The notes below the pieces were generated by a model. The model had not been told where the DNA came from, did no database searches, and saw nothing but the letters and a program-made list of their open reading frames with translations. 64,000 bases of DNA from NCBI GenBank assembly GCA_007132905.1, contig SLNR01000020.1:5859-69858 (forward strand), written 5' to 3'. The stretch is from Candidatus Sumerlaeota bacterium. Lineage in GTDB: Bacteria > Bacillota > SLNR01. Positions 9,643 to 19,702 of this stretch are shown piece after piece. The translations under genes were made by a program, and so were the position numbers. The first letter of the stretch is position 1, and each line of letters opens with the position of its first letter.

Positions 9643-11958
9643 TTGGCGAAAGAAGAAATGGCCCGTTCATTTTTTCATGCATTCAGCAGGATGGGCGACA
9701 AGTCCCGAAAAGAAAAAAGGTGCCAATATGCTGCAGAAGCAAAGAAGATCCTTTTCGAGTTGAAGAAAAGCGGTTATCTATGCCGTTTGGACTATCAACG
9801 CTGGGATGAATACTTAGAAATAATAAGCAGTGATGGAGAAAATGCTGATCACATCGCCAACTTAAAAAAAGAAGTAGCTTACTGGCAGTCCGATGATTTT
9901 GCAAGTTCGGTTGTCAAAGCGAAGGGGGTTGGAGTTTCCCGGGCCGGGCAATTATCTAAGCTGGGCATTGAGACCGTATATGATCTATTCACCCATTATC
10001 CTAAACGCTACGAGGATCGAAGTAAAATAAGACCTATGGATCAAGTAACAGCAGGTGAATATGTGACGGTCGCCGGAACGGTCAAAGCAGTGAAAGAGAA
10101 AAGGGTTCGTAAGAATCTTTTCATTTTGGAGGCAGAGATTTATGATGAGCAAGGATGGCTGAAAGCCGTCTGGTTTAATCAAATGCACATCAAAAAACAG
10201 CTTAAAACGGGAAAACGCATTTTCCTAAGTGGGAAGGTAAACAAAAACGCCAGGAAACTGCAAATACAAAACCCCGATTATGAACTCGAAGAGGCAGAGA
10301 GTTTCGTTCATACCGGTCAGATCGTACCTGTCTACCCGGCGACAGAAAAAGTAGAACAAAAACGTCTGCGGAGAATCATCAAAGACAATTTTGACATTTG
10401 GCTTGATCACTGGAAGGACCCGCTGCCCGCCGAGATACGAAAGAAGTATCAACTTATGGAAGTGCAGAAAGCGATGAAAAATATCCATTTTCCAGAAAGC
10501 AAAGATGACTATAAAGAGGCGCGCCGCAGACTAATTTTTGAGGAACTGCTAATTCTCCAACTAGGGGTAAATCAAAATCGTTATCTTGAAAATCACCAGA
10601 AATCCGGCAGGGCCCATCTAAAAAATTGTGAAAGGACACAAAAGCTTTTGGGTTCTCTTTCTTTTTCTTTGACTAAAGATCAGAAAAAAGCGTCAGAAGA
10701 GATATGGGCGGACATGGAAAGGCCGCGGCGAATGAACCGCCTTCTTCAAGGAGATGTTGGTTCCGGAAAAACGATTGTGGCGGTCTTGGCTTTAACTAAA
10801 ACGGTGGACAGCGGTTGTCAAGGGGTTTTTATGGCTCCAACGGAAGTGCTGGCAGAACAGCATTTTCACAAAACAAAGCCCTTGTTTGAAAAAGCTGGCA
10901 TTCGAAGCTTTCTGTTAACCGGCAGTTTAAGTGAAAAAGAAAAGCAGTGTATCTACGACAAGATAAAACAGAGAAAAGCGGATATTGTCATAGGAACACA
11001 TGCTTTGTTTCAGGAAAAAGTGTCCTTTGATGACCTGGGACTTGCTGTAATCGACGAGCAGCATCGCTTTGGGGTGCAGCAGCGAAATGCTCTTCGTGAC
11101 AAAGGGCTCAAAGCTGACATATTGGTTATGTCCGCTACTCCGATCCCTAGAACTTTGGCGATGACAGCGTATGGTGATCTAGACATCACTACGATAAAGC
11201 AAATGCCAGCAGGCAGAAAGCCTATAAAAACGTATAGTGTAACTTCGGATCTTAGGCCGAGAGTGCACGCATTTATAAGAAAAGTGGTACAGCAGGGACA
11301 GCAGGTGTATGTTGTCTGTCCCTTGATAGAAGGCTCAGATCATTTAAACGTTCAGGCGGCCAATGATTTGGCGGCGACACTCAAAGAGGACATTTTCCCG
11401 GACCTTGCTGTGGGCCTTCTGCACGGGAAGATGATTAATAAAGTAAAAGAAAAGACAATGCAGTCTTTCAATGAAGGGAGCATAGATATTTTGGTTGCGA
11501 CGACCGTGGTTGAAGTGGGGGTGGACGTGGCGAATGCTTCTTTAATTGTGATAGAAGGAGCAGAGAGGTTTGGATTGGCTCAGCTTCATCAGCTGCGGGG
11601 CAGAGTGGGGAGAGGGGAAAAGACTTCATATTGTGTTTTGATCAATGAAGGATCGTCCAATGAAGAGGCATCCGAACGCATGAAAATAATGTGTGCCACT
11701 CAAAATGGTTTTCTGCTGGCTGAAAAAGATCTTGTATTAAGAGGCCCGGGGGAGTATTTGGGAACGAAACAGCATGGGCTGCCGGATTTAAAATTGGCCG
11801 ATCTTTTAAAACATCAAAAGGTTTTGCAGATAGCTAGAAAAGAAGCGGTTGTCTTGTTGAAAAAAGATCCGGACCTGTCTTTTCCCGAGCATAGCCAACT
11901 AGCGCGAGAGGTAAACAGAAAAATGACTCCGGCCAATTTTTCCCCGTTATCTGTTTAA
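9643..11958 (+). CDS. recG: ATP-dependent DNA helicase RecG
   Basis: RLLQGDVGSGKT, DEQHRFGV, SATPIPRT, GLAQLHQLRGRVGRG, RGPGE; ~85 aa N-terminal extension. Confidence 0.96.
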   Translation: MAKEEMARSFFHAFSRMGDKSRKEKRCQYAAEAKKILFELKKSGYLCRLDYQRWDEYLEIISSDGENADHIANLKKEVAYWQSDDFASSVVKAKGVGVSRAGQLSKLGIETVYDLFTHYPKRYEDRSKIRPMDQVTAGEYVTVAGTVKAVKEKRVRKNLFILEAEIYDEQGWLKAVWFNQMHIKKQLKTGKRIFLSGKVNKNARKLQIQNPDYELEEAESFVHTGQIVPVYPATEKVEQKRLRRIIKDNFDIWLDHWKDPLPAEIRKKYQLMEVQKAMKNIHFPESKDDYKEARRRLIFEELLILQLGVNQNRYLENHQKSGRAHLKNCERTQKLLGSLSFSLTKDQKKASEEIWADMERPRRMNRLLQGDVGSGKTIVAVLALTKTVDSGCQGVFMAPTEVLAEQHFHKTKPLFEKAGIRSFLLTGSLSEKEKQCIYDKIKQRKADIVIGTHALFQEKVSFDDLGLAVIDEQHRFGVQQRNALRDKGLKADILVMSATPIPRTLAMTAYGDLDITTIKQMPAGRKPIKTYSVTSDLRPRVHAFIRKVVQQGQQVYVVCPLIEGSDHLNVQAANDLAATLKEDIFPDLAVGLLHGKMINKVKEKTMQSFNEGSIDILVATTVVEVGVDVANASLIVIEGAERFGLAQLHQLRGRVGRGEKTSYCVLINEGSSNEEASERMKIMCATQNGFLLAEKDLVLRGPGEYLGTKQHGLPDLKLADLLKHQKVLQIARKEAVVLLKKDPDLSFPEHSQLAREVNRKMTPANFSPLSV

Positions 11959-12042
11959 GATATAAGTTTTGTCAGAATAGGAAATGAGAATAAATATATG
12001 CTATAATAAATTGACTTCATTTTCCAAAAAAGAGGTGTCGGT

Positions 12043-12612
12043 ATGCGTGTCGTTGCCGGAAAGGCAAAGGGAAGAAGACTAAAGTCGTTAAAAGGGGAAA
12101 ACACTCGACCGACGTCAGACAAGGTCAAAGAGTCGCTATTTTCGATCCTGGGCGGTCTGGTGATGAACGCAAAAATTCTAGACCTTTTTGCAGGTACGGG
12201 AAGTCTGGGCATTGAAGCATTAAGCAGAGGTGCAGAGTATGCGGTATTTATTGATAACGACAGAAATTCTGTGCGCGTTATTAATGAAAATCTCAAGCAA
12301 TGTGGTTTTTTTGAGCAAGCTCTTGTTATCAAGAAAGATGTATGTAGTGCTCTTGTAAGATTGTCTGTTGAAGAAAGGGGTTTTGATCTGGTATTTTTGG
12401 ATCCTCCCTACGATACCGACTGGGCTGAGCCTGTATTAGATTTGGTTGTCGAACATCATTTGTTGGCAGAAGAAGCGCTGGTCATTGTCGAATCGGGGAA
12501 AGAAAACGAAATAAACCCTGAAACACCGCACCTTACCAAACGAAGGGAAGCAGTTTATGGAAATTCTAAATTGACTTTTTTTGACATTAAGCCGGAAGGC
12601 GAGGGGGATTAA
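12043..12612 (+). CDS. rsmD: 16S rRNA m2G966 methyltransferase
   Basis: MRVVAGKAKGR, TRPTSDKVKESLF, LDLFAGTG, DPPY. Confidence 0.96.
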   Translation: MRVVAGKAKGRRLKSLKGENTRPTSDKVKESLFSILGGLVMNAKILDLFAGTGSLGIEALSRGAEYAVFIDNDRNSVRVINENLKQCGFFEQALVIKKDVCSALVRLSVEERGFDLVFLDPPYDTDWAEPVLDLVVEHHLLAEEALVIVESGKENEINPETPHLTKRREAVYGNSKLTFFDIKPEGEGD

Positions 12613-12613
12613 T

Positions 12614-13114
12614 TTGAAGATAGCTGTCTATCCGGGGAGTTTTGACCCGATCACAAACGGCCATTTGGATATTGTTGAGCGATCATCGGAGATGTTTGAC
12701 ACTATTATCATAGCTGTTTTTGCCAATCCTCGAAAAGAACCATTGCTGACTGTTGAAGAAAGGTTGGATTTGATTCGGGAAGTAACGCGCCATCTTCCCA
12801 ATGTGCAGGTAGATTCTTTTGAAGGTCTGTTAAGCGATTATGCACGGCAAAGAAGTGCCAAAGTAATCATCCGTGGATTGCGGGCTGTGTCTGATTTTGA
12901 GTACGAGTTCCAGATGTCTTTGATGAATAAAAAGCTTAATCCGAATGTTGAAACGATTTTTATGACATCAAGCAGCAAGAACATATACGTAAGTTCAACA
13001 ATTATCAAGGAAGTAAGTGCTCTCGGCGGGGCTGTCAGCGGCCTTGTTCCCAGAGCAGTAGAAAATCGCCTTGTTGAAAAATTCTACCATAGGAAAGACG
13101 GGGATAACGAGTAG
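12614..13114 (+). CDS. coaD: Phosphopantetheine adenylyltransferase
   Basis: YPGSFDPITNGH, RGLRAVSDFEYE; TTG start after GAGGGG. Confidence 0.97.
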   Translation: MKIAVYPGSFDPITNGHLDIVERSSEMFDTIIIAVFANPRKEPLLTVEERLDLIREVTRHLPNVQVDSFEGLLSDYARQRSAKVIIRGLRAVSDFEYEFQMSLMNKKLNPNVETIFMTSSSKNIYVSSTIIKEVSALGGAVSGLVPRAVENRLVEKFYHRKDGDNE

Positions 13115-13142
13115 ACAAATTAATACTACGGGAGGGTAAAGC

Positions 13143-13592
13143 ATGGAAATTCTTGGGATTATTGAACAAATCGAAACTTTAATTTCAAATGGCACCCGAG
13201 TTCCACTTACGGACAAAGTTGTCATTAGCGAAAACGAGCTCCTACAGTTGCTGGATGAACTTCATTCTGTTCTTCCGGATGAACTTGAGCAGGCAAACTG
13301 GATTGTGCGCGAAAGAGATAAAGTGATCAAAGATGCTGAAAAAGAAGCAGAGAAACTTAAGGAAGAAGCCAAAGCACATGTTGAAAAAATGGTGGATGAA
13401 GATGAAATAACCCGTCTTGCGAACGAACAGGCAGACGAAATTGTTGCCCAGGCCAAACGAGTTGCCAAGGAAATCCGGCAGGGAGCGAATGAATATGCCG
13501 ATGGATTGTTACTCAAATCCCAAGAACAGATGGAAGCCGTTACAGAAGCATTGAAAAATGCAAGACGCGAAATTGAATCAAAACAACAGTGA
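13143..13592 (+). CDS. Conserved coiled-coil protein (SepIVA/DivIVA-like; often annotated 'ATPase')
   Basis: RVPLTDKVV..ELL.LLDE....LP.EL..A.....R N-terminus followed by EA-rich coiled coil; follows coaD. Confidence 0.7.
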   Translation: MEILGIIEQIETLISNGTRVPLTDKVVISENELLQLLDELHSVLPDELEQANWIVRERDKVIKDAEKEAEKLKEEAKAHVEKMVDEDEITRLANEQADEIVAQAKRVAKEIRQGANEYADGLLLKSQEQMEAVTEALKNARREIESKQQ

Positions 13593-13625
13593 GGGACTAA
13601 AAATAAACACAGTTAACAAGCTTTA

Positions 13626-13658
13626 AAACCCGAGCTGTCAAGGTGACTGCTCGGGTTT
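13626..13658. terminator. Hairpin terminator between convergent genes
   Basis: AAACCCGAGC...GCTCGGGTTT inverted repeat. Confidence 0.7.
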
Positions 13659-13739
13659 GGTGTTGGATGCAAACTTTCGTAAGGTTTATGCTTGTAGATT
13701 GAATGGAGGATTTGAGTGACCAAAGCAAGAAAAAAAAGG

Positions 13740-15050
13740 TTAATGAGTGATGATTTTGTGTGTATAATCCTGTCCGCCGGTTCTTTGTTGGGGGTTTAAA
13801 AAACCGAGAACATAGAGGTCGGTGGTTAGGATATCGAGTCCTAACATCTGGATTGTTTCGGATGAAACGGTTTCATTTGCTGAAGGTTTCATAAAAGGAG
13901 CCGGCCTTTGGATGATGGGAATGGCAGCCGATTCATTGACGGTTTGCAGCAGGCGCCTTCCCCTTTTTGAAAAGCCTAGGACACGAAGGTACGGGGGTGT
14001 TTTAAGGTTTTCGAAGATTTCGGCTGCTTCCTTTCTAAAATCGGCCAGAACATGAAAAAGAATCCTCTGGAGGGTCGTACGGGGAAATCGCTTTGTTTTT
14101 GTTTTATCCAATAGATCTTCAAGGGACACAGCTTGTCGGGCCGAGTTTTTCAATCTATTTTCAAGGCCTTCTCGGATATCAACAATGGAAGCGATTTCGG
14201 TCGGTGATAGACGCCTGAGCTGAGACAAAATCATGCTGGCAAAGTTTTCTTTAAAAACCGGACCTCGCCCTTTCGCTATGGCGTCGGACATGATCTCATA
14301 GCTCTTTTTTGGCATAACGGATTCAATCTGCTGAAGATTTCCTTCTGTTTGCGAATCGTTATGAGTTTTTTCTAAGTGATGGCGGATGGCGGTGGCGCTG
14401 GCGATTTTCTCTTTAGAGAATGTTTCTTCGTGATAATGAGGGCCGATCCGCGGAATGGCAATGGGCTTGATACGGCTTTTTTTTCTGATCAGCGCCTTTA
14501 AATACTCGATCCCAAGGATGTTATTTGGTTCGGAGATGCAGGAGCGAAACTTGTCAAGACTTAGATTTCCGCCAGTTTTTTCTCCAGCCGAGGTTTTCAG
14601 ATACTCAAGAAGTGCTTCTTGCCGGGCAGATGGAAAGGGCAGTCCTTTTGCGGACGCTTCTTTAAACAAATCCTGAAACAAGGGCGGTTCTTCTGCCAGG
14701 ATTTTGCTTATGGGCTTAAGTACATCGAGATCGGCTGTTTCGCTCCCAAAGCAGATGTGAGTGACAATACCGGTAGCCGAGAGCAGGTCGACGGCTCCTG
14801 TCGCAAAATATTCAGCGCTGCGGCCGGAAAAAGCATAGGGAAGTTCAAAAACCAGATCAGCACCACCTGACACAGCCATGGCAGCTCTTGTCCACTTATC
14901 AAGAAGAGCAGGCTCTCCTCTCTGCAGGAAATGACCGCTCATTACACACACAGCATAATCGGCTTTTGAAAGGCGAACCGATTCTTGAAGATGGTGAAGA
15001 TGTCCGTTATGGAAAGGATTATATTCAACGATAAGACCGGCAACTCGCAT
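13740..15050 (-). CDS. tmcAL: tRNA(Met) cytidine acetate ligase (YlbM nucleotidyltransferase)
   Basis: VEYNPFHNGH, MSGHFLQRGEPA, PNNILGIEY, SATAIR, YLRVLGF. Confidence 0.93.
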   Translation of the reverse strand: MRVAGLIVEYNPFHNGHLHHLQESVRLSKADYAVCVMSGHFLQRGEPALLDKWTRAAMAVSGGADLVFELPYAFSGRSAEYFATGAVDLLSATGIVTHICFGSETADLDVLKPISKILAEEPPLFQDLFKEASAKGLPFPSARQEALLEYLKTSAGEKTGGNLSLDKFRSCISEPNNILGIEYLKALIRKKSRIKPIAIPRIGPHYHEETFSKEKIASATAIRHHLEKTHNDSQTEGNLQQIESVMPKKSYEIMSDAIAKGRGPVFKENFASMILSQLRRLSPTEIASIVDIREGLENRLKNSARQAVSLEDLLDKTKTKRFPRTTLQRILFHVLADFRKEAAEIFENLKTPPYLRVLGFSKRGRRLLQTVNESAAIPIIQRPAPFMKPSANETVSSETIQMLGLDILTTDLYVLGFLNPQQRTGGQDYTHKIITH

Positions 15051-15165
15051 ACAAAATACCCCCTAATAAATTGCTTTATTCCTTCTTCTATTCTGCAGGA
15101 TAATTACCTTGTAAGAATGAAGTTATACATATAGTTATTTTCTTCTAAATATTTTGATTTTTTAG

Positions 15166-15194
15166 TTGAATTTGCGGATTCGATCATGTATAAT
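15166..15194 (+). promoter_or_regulatory. Putative sigma-A promoter of nfeD-stomatin
   Basis: TTGAAT-N17-TATAAT. Confidence 0.6.
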
Positions 15195-15313
15195 GGTCTG
15201 AAGCAGATTACAATAATGAAATAATTACAATATGCATTTTGTTCTGGTCTTTTTGAAGGTTTTGATATACAGTTAAAGTCCGGGTGAGAGGTTTTGCGAA
15301 GGGAGAGATTGAT

Positions 15314-16678
15314 ATGAAACGTGCATTGAAAGTTATGACGGCAACTGTGCTTTTCGCCATGTTGTTTGCGGCAACTTTGGCCGTTTTTTCAGAGCCGGTT
15401 TATACTCAGGAAAACGCAGTACCCGAGGTTCGGGTGTTGCGCATTGAGGGCATCATAACGAAAGGGACCACTCAGTTTTTGAAAACTTCCATTGATAATG
15501 CCCATGCGGATGGGATCGATGTGCTTGTTTTTGAATTAGATACGCCGGGAGGCCTAGTCGATGCCACGCTGGAAATCATGGCGGATATTCTAAATTCTCC
15601 TATCCCCATTGTTACTTATGTTGCGCCCAGGGGAGCGATTGCCGCCTCGGCGGGCACCTATATTTTGCTTTCCGGACATATTGCAGCCATGGGGCCGAGC
15701 ACAACGATTGGGGCCGCTATGCCGGTAATGCAGGATCCGACAACGGGAGAAAGAAATCCGGCGGACCAAAAAACGATCAATCTCTTAGCCAGCCACTTAC
15801 GAAGCATTGCACGAGAGAGAAACCGCCCTGTGGATATTGCCGAGAAATTTGTAACAGAGAACTTAACCCTTGATGATGTGGAGGCCATGGAAGTAGGCAT
15901 CATTGACGAAGGCGCCCAGGATCTTCCCGAGCTTTTGGAAAAACTGCACGGCAGAACCATTTTGTTAATGGGGCAGGAAAGGACTCTCAATACAGCAAAT
16001 GCCAATATTTCTCCTTTGGAGATGACGCAACAGCAGCGTTTGGTGAATCTTCTCAGCAATCCTGAAATTGCTTTTCTGCTCTTCATGATCGGATTTTACG
16101 GGTTGTTTTTGGGATTAAATATGCCTGGTACTTTTATTCCGGAAACAGTAGGTGCGATTGCACTGATTCTAGCCCTGTTTGGGTTAGGAATGTTCGAAGT
16201 GAATACGACCGGTATTGTTTTAATGCTCTTGGCTGTGGGATTTTTTATCGCCGAGGTATTTACGCCTACTTTTGGTATTTTCACTTTGGCAGGTGTGGTT
16301 TCCATGGTCATTGGAGCGCTGCTCCTTCCTTTTGAACCCCTTCTCCCCGCCGAGTGGTTTGTGACTTTTCGCCGGACGGTTTTGGGGATGGCGGTTGTTA
16401 CGGGTGGATTCTTGACTTTGGTTGTAACGAAAGTGGTCGCTATGAGGAAAGTTCCAGCCGCCCAAAGCAAACAAGGGATGCTCGGTTATGTGGGGAAGGT
16501 GACAGAATCCCTTGCTCCGGAAGGATCAGTGAAAATTCGCGGCGAGGGTTGGAGGGCTAAGAGCTATTCGGGTGAAACGATTGAAGAAGGGGCGACCGTC
16601 GAAGTGGTCGATACCAAAGGCATGTTGCTTCTAGTTGAAGAAAGCGACAAAAAAGCTAACAACAATTTGAAGCAATGA
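15314..16678 (+). CDS. NfeD family membrane-bound serine protease (long, ClpP-like form)
   Basis: Signal peptide; LDTPGG, AASAG (Ser), IGAA.P, DQK (Lys); TM bundle; C-terminal OB fold (L.PEG.V..RGE.W.A). Confidence 0.92.
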   Translation: MKRALKVMTATVLFAMLFAATLAVFSEPVYTQENAVPEVRVLRIEGIITKGTTQFLKTSIDNAHADGIDVLVFELDTPGGLVDATLEIMADILNSPIPIVTYVAPRGAIAASAGTYILLSGHIAAMGPSTTIGAAMPVMQDPTTGERNPADQKTINLLASHLRSIARERNRPVDIAEKFVTENLTLDDVEAMEVGIIDEGAQDLPELLEKLHGRTILLMGQERTLNTANANISPLEMTQQQRLVNLLSNPEIAFLLFMIGFYGLFLGLNMPGTFIPETVGAIALILALFGLGMFEVNTTGIVLMLLAVGFFIAEVFTPTFGIFTLAGVVSMVIGALLLPFEPLLPAEWFVTFRRTVLGMAVVTGGFLTLVVTKVVAMRKVPAAQSKQGMLGYVGKVTESLAPEGSVKIRGEGWRAKSYSGETIEEGATVEVVDTKGMLLLVEESDKKANNNLKQ

Positions 16679-16749
16679 AGTTTTCAAAAACACTCTGCAA
16701 GACCGTGACAATAAACAGCAATCAACAAGCAGAAGGGAGATGTTGATGG

Positions 16750-17691
16750 ATGTTGGATCTGGTTTTGGAACAAGCAAGTTTGATTGGCGGTACTATCGTA
16801 GTAGTGTTCCTCATCATGTCGGCAGTTCGTATCGTTAAAGAATATGAAAGAATAGTCGTTTTTCGACTAGGAAGAATGATTGGTGAAAAAGGTCCCGGGT
16901 TTGTTTTGATCATACCTATTGTGGATAGGGTGGTCAGGGTTTCTTTAAGGACTGTTACCTACGATGTAGCCACACAAGAGGTAATTACTCGAGATAATGT
17001 GACTACGAAAGTAAACGCAGTCCTTTATTACCGGGTGATCGACCCGACTAAGGCGATCATCAATATTCAGGATTTTCACCAGGCAACTGCCCAGCTTGCC
17101 CAAACAACTCTGCGAAGCGTGGTGGGCACAGCGGATCTTGATGAACTGCTTTCAGAAAGAGAAAAACTCAACAAAGACTTACAGCGGATTATGGATGACT
17201 CCTCGGATCCATGGGGCGTGAAAGTAGCCATGGTCGAAATCAAAGATGTGGTCATCCCTCCGGATATGCAACGTGTCATTTCTCGTCAAGCAGAAGCCGA
17301 GAGAAATCGCCGTTCCATTATTATCCAGTCTGACGGTGAGAAAGAAGCGGCGAAAAAGCTTTCGCAGGCAGCCCAGATACTTGCTACAAGTCCGGGAGCG
17401 ATGGCTCTTAGGGCCATGCGCACTGCAGCAGAGGTGGCTGCGGAGAAAAGCAATACCTTGATATTCCCCCTCCCCATGGAATTGTCCAAGATCCTGACTG
17501 ATTCAAGTATGATGTCTATGGAAAAATGGAGCGAGTCTATGACCAAGCAGCAGGAAGAAACCGATAGAGAAGCAGAAGAAGAAAATGAAAAAGGCATTCC
17601 TTCAATTGAAGAAGAGTTTAAAGATGTCAAGTTTGAAGAGACTGATGAGCAAGAGGAAGAAGAAGAGAAAGACGAAGAAGATAAAAAATAG
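16750..17691 (+). CDS. Stomatin/SPFH (slipin) protein with acidic tail
   Basis: EYERIVVFRLGR..KGPG, QEVITRDNV, LAQTTLRSV, PWGVKV, QAEAER; partner of nfeD. Confidence 0.93.
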   Translation: MLDLVLEQASLIGGTIVVVFLIMSAVRIVKEYERIVVFRLGRMIGEKGPGFVLIIPIVDRVVRVSLRTVTYDVATQEVITRDNVTTKVNAVLYYRVIDPTKAIINIQDFHQATAQLAQTTLRSVVGTADLDELLSEREKLNKDLQRIMDDSSDPWGVKVAMVEIKDVVIPPDMQRVISRQAEAERNRRSIIIQSDGEKEAAKKLSQAAQILATSPGAMALRAMRTAAEVAAEKSNTLIFPLPMELSKILTDSSMMSMEKWSESMTKQQEETDREAEEENEKGIPSIEEEFKDVKFEETDEQEEEEEKDEEDKK

Positions 17692-17757
17692 TAAAATTTG
17701 AAGATGGACACAAGCACGGTTTTGGCTGACTTGTTTGGGACAACATAGATCTTTTCT

Positions 17758-17793
17758 GCCCGACTGAAACCCTTATCAGGGTATCGGTCGGGC
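17758..17793 (+). terminator. Strong stem-loop after the stomatin gene
   Basis: GCCCGACTGA-A-ACCCT/AGGGT-A-TCGGTCGGGC; no clear U tract. Confidence 0.5.
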
Positions 17794-17805
17794 TGTCCCT
17801 TATTG

Positions 17806-17835
17806 TTGACATGCCTATGTAAAGTATGTTAGTAT
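17806..17835 (+). promoter_or_regulatory. Putative sigma-A promoter of ackA
   Basis: TTGACA-N18-TAGTAT with TG extension. Confidence 0.5.
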
Positions 17836-17917
17836 TACAGCGGTATTTGCTCGGGTCGATCTGCTAAATCTTGAACTGGTATGGATAAAAGAAAACAATA
17901 TATGGAGGCGTCGGTGA

Positions 17918-19114
17918 ATGAAGATCCTAGTTGTTAATTGTGGTAGTTCTTCACTTAAGTACCAGTTGTTTGATATGAAAGATGAGAAGGTTGTCGCAAA
18001 GGGGCAGATCGAGCGTATTGGCGATGATTCTTTAATGAAGCACGAGACGGATTCTTATCAGCAGGCTAAAGTGTCAGTTAATGTATCCGATCATATGGAA
18101 GCCATTCAAACAGTTATGGATGAACTTACGGATCCAAAAAGAGGGGTCATTTCTTCTGCGGCTGAAATACGTGCGGTAGGGCACAGGGTGGTTCACGGAG
18201 GCGAGAAAGTGGCCGGCTCGGTTAGCATTACCGACGAGGTACTTGCAATCCTGGAAGAATGTATTGAATTGGCCCCGCTGCATAATCCCGCCAACATCAC
18301 CGGCATCAAAGCGTGTCAAAAGTTGATGCCCGATACTCCTCAGGTAGGTGTTTTTGACACGGCGTTTCACCAGACGATGCATAAAAAAGCTTATCTGTAT
18401 GCAATTCCTTATGAATATTATGAGAAGTATCATGTGAGGCGGTATGGTTTTCACGGGACATCCCACAAATTTGTTGCCCAAAGAGCGGCCCGACTCCTAA
18501 AAAAAGAGGATAAGCACAAAATTATCACTTGTCATCTGGGCAACGGATCAAGCGTTACGGCCGTTCGTGACGGAAATTCTGTGGATACGAGTCTGGGCTT
18601 TGGGACATTGGCCGGGCTTCCCATGGGAACAAGATGTGGCGATTTGGATCCGGCGGTTATTCCTTATTTAATGGATAAAGAGGATTTGACCATTGATCAG
18701 ATTAGCAATATTCTATACAAAAAAAGTGGATTGTTGGGACTGTCGGGGGTGAGCAATGACTTGCGCGACATTCAAGCCGAGAAGAAGGCAGGGAACAAAA
18801 GAGCAGAAGTGGCTATTGAAGTGTTCGCTTATGCAGTCCAAAAATACATTGGTACTTACGCCGCGGCCATGGGAGGCGTCGATGCGGTTGTATTTACCGC
18901 GGGAATTGGCGAAAATGCCGTCGAGGTGAGGAAGATGATATGTAAAGATCTAGGTTTTCTAGGGGCTTTTCTCGATGAAGAGAAGAATCAACTTCAAGGC
19001 GAAGAAGCTGATATAAGCCTAGAAAAATCGAAAGTGAAGCTTTTTGTGATTCCCACTAATGAAGAATTAATGATTGCCCGGGAAACAAAAGAAATTGGTT
19101 TAGGTACTCAATGA
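17918..19114 (+). CDS. ackA: Acetate kinase
   Basis: NCGSSSLK, GHRVVHGG, APLHNP, FDTAFH, YGFHGTSH, HLGNG, TAGIGEN, TNEE. Confidence 0.97.
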   Translation: MKILVVNCGSSSLKYQLFDMKDEKVVAKGQIERIGDDSLMKHETDSYQQAKVSVNVSDHMEAIQTVMDELTDPKRGVISSAAEIRAVGHRVVHGGEKVAGSVSITDEVLAILEECIELAPLHNPANITGIKACQKLMPDTPQVGVFDTAFHQTMHKKAYLYAIPYEYYEKYHVRRYGFHGTSHKFVAQRAARLLKKEDKHKIITCHLGNGSSVTAVRDGNSVDTSLGFGTLAGLPMGTRCGDLDPAVIPYLMDKEDLTIDQISNILYKKSGLLGLSGVSNDLRDIQAEKKAGNKRAEVAIEVFAYAVQKYIGTYAAAMGGVDAVVFTAGIGENAVEVRKMICKDLGFLGAFLDEEKNQLQGEEADISLEKSKVKLFVIPTNEELMIARETKEIGLGTQ

Positions 19115-19123
19115 GGTGATCAC

Positions 19124-19672
19124 ATGAAATTAGATATTCATGATATTAAAAATTCTCCGGGAGAAAGCAAGAGCTATGGATTTGATGAAGAATATCCAAA
19201 ATTTGCTTTTATGGGAGAGGAAATACGTTTTGCAGAACCGGTTCATTTAGCAGTCACTGTCACGAACATCGAAGTAGGGTTTTTAGTGCAGGGTTTTATC
19301 CACGCAGTTGTTAAGCGTGTATGTGCTCGCTGTACAGAAACTCTTACTGACGAAATCAATTCTGATTTCACCGGACTGTTTCAGCAGGAAAAAGAAAGCA
19401 CTTCTCACGCCGGTGAGGAAGACGAGGAAAGTGAAGATGAAGATGAGAATTTAGAAGTCTATTCTTACCATGGGAATACAATCGATATAACCGACATTGT
19501 CTCCGATACGATTACGGTGGAGATTTCCATGAAACCTCTATGCAGGGAGGACTGTCGGGGTTTGTGTCCCGTTTGCGGGCAGAATCTTAATGAAAAGGAA
19601 TGCTCATGCGATACAGAAGAGATAGATGAACGCTTGGCAGATTTAAAAAAGATCTTTTCGGAAAAAGAATAA
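19124..19672 (+). CDS. DUF177/YceD family protein
   Basis: CARC ... KPLCREDCRGLCPVCG..LN..C.C..DER; upstream of rpmF. Confidence 0.92.
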   Translation: MKLDIHDIKNSPGESKSYGFDEEYPKFAFMGEEIRFAEPVHLAVTVTNIEVGFLVQGFIHAVVKRVCARCTETLTDEINSDFTGLFQQEKESTSHAGEEDEESEDEDENLEVYSYHGNTIDITDIVSDTITVEISMKPLCREDCRGLCPVCGQNLNEKECSCDTEEIDERLADLKKIFSEKE

Positions 19673-19702
19673 GGACTTTAGCAATAGAAGGAGGTGGGTG
19701 TT

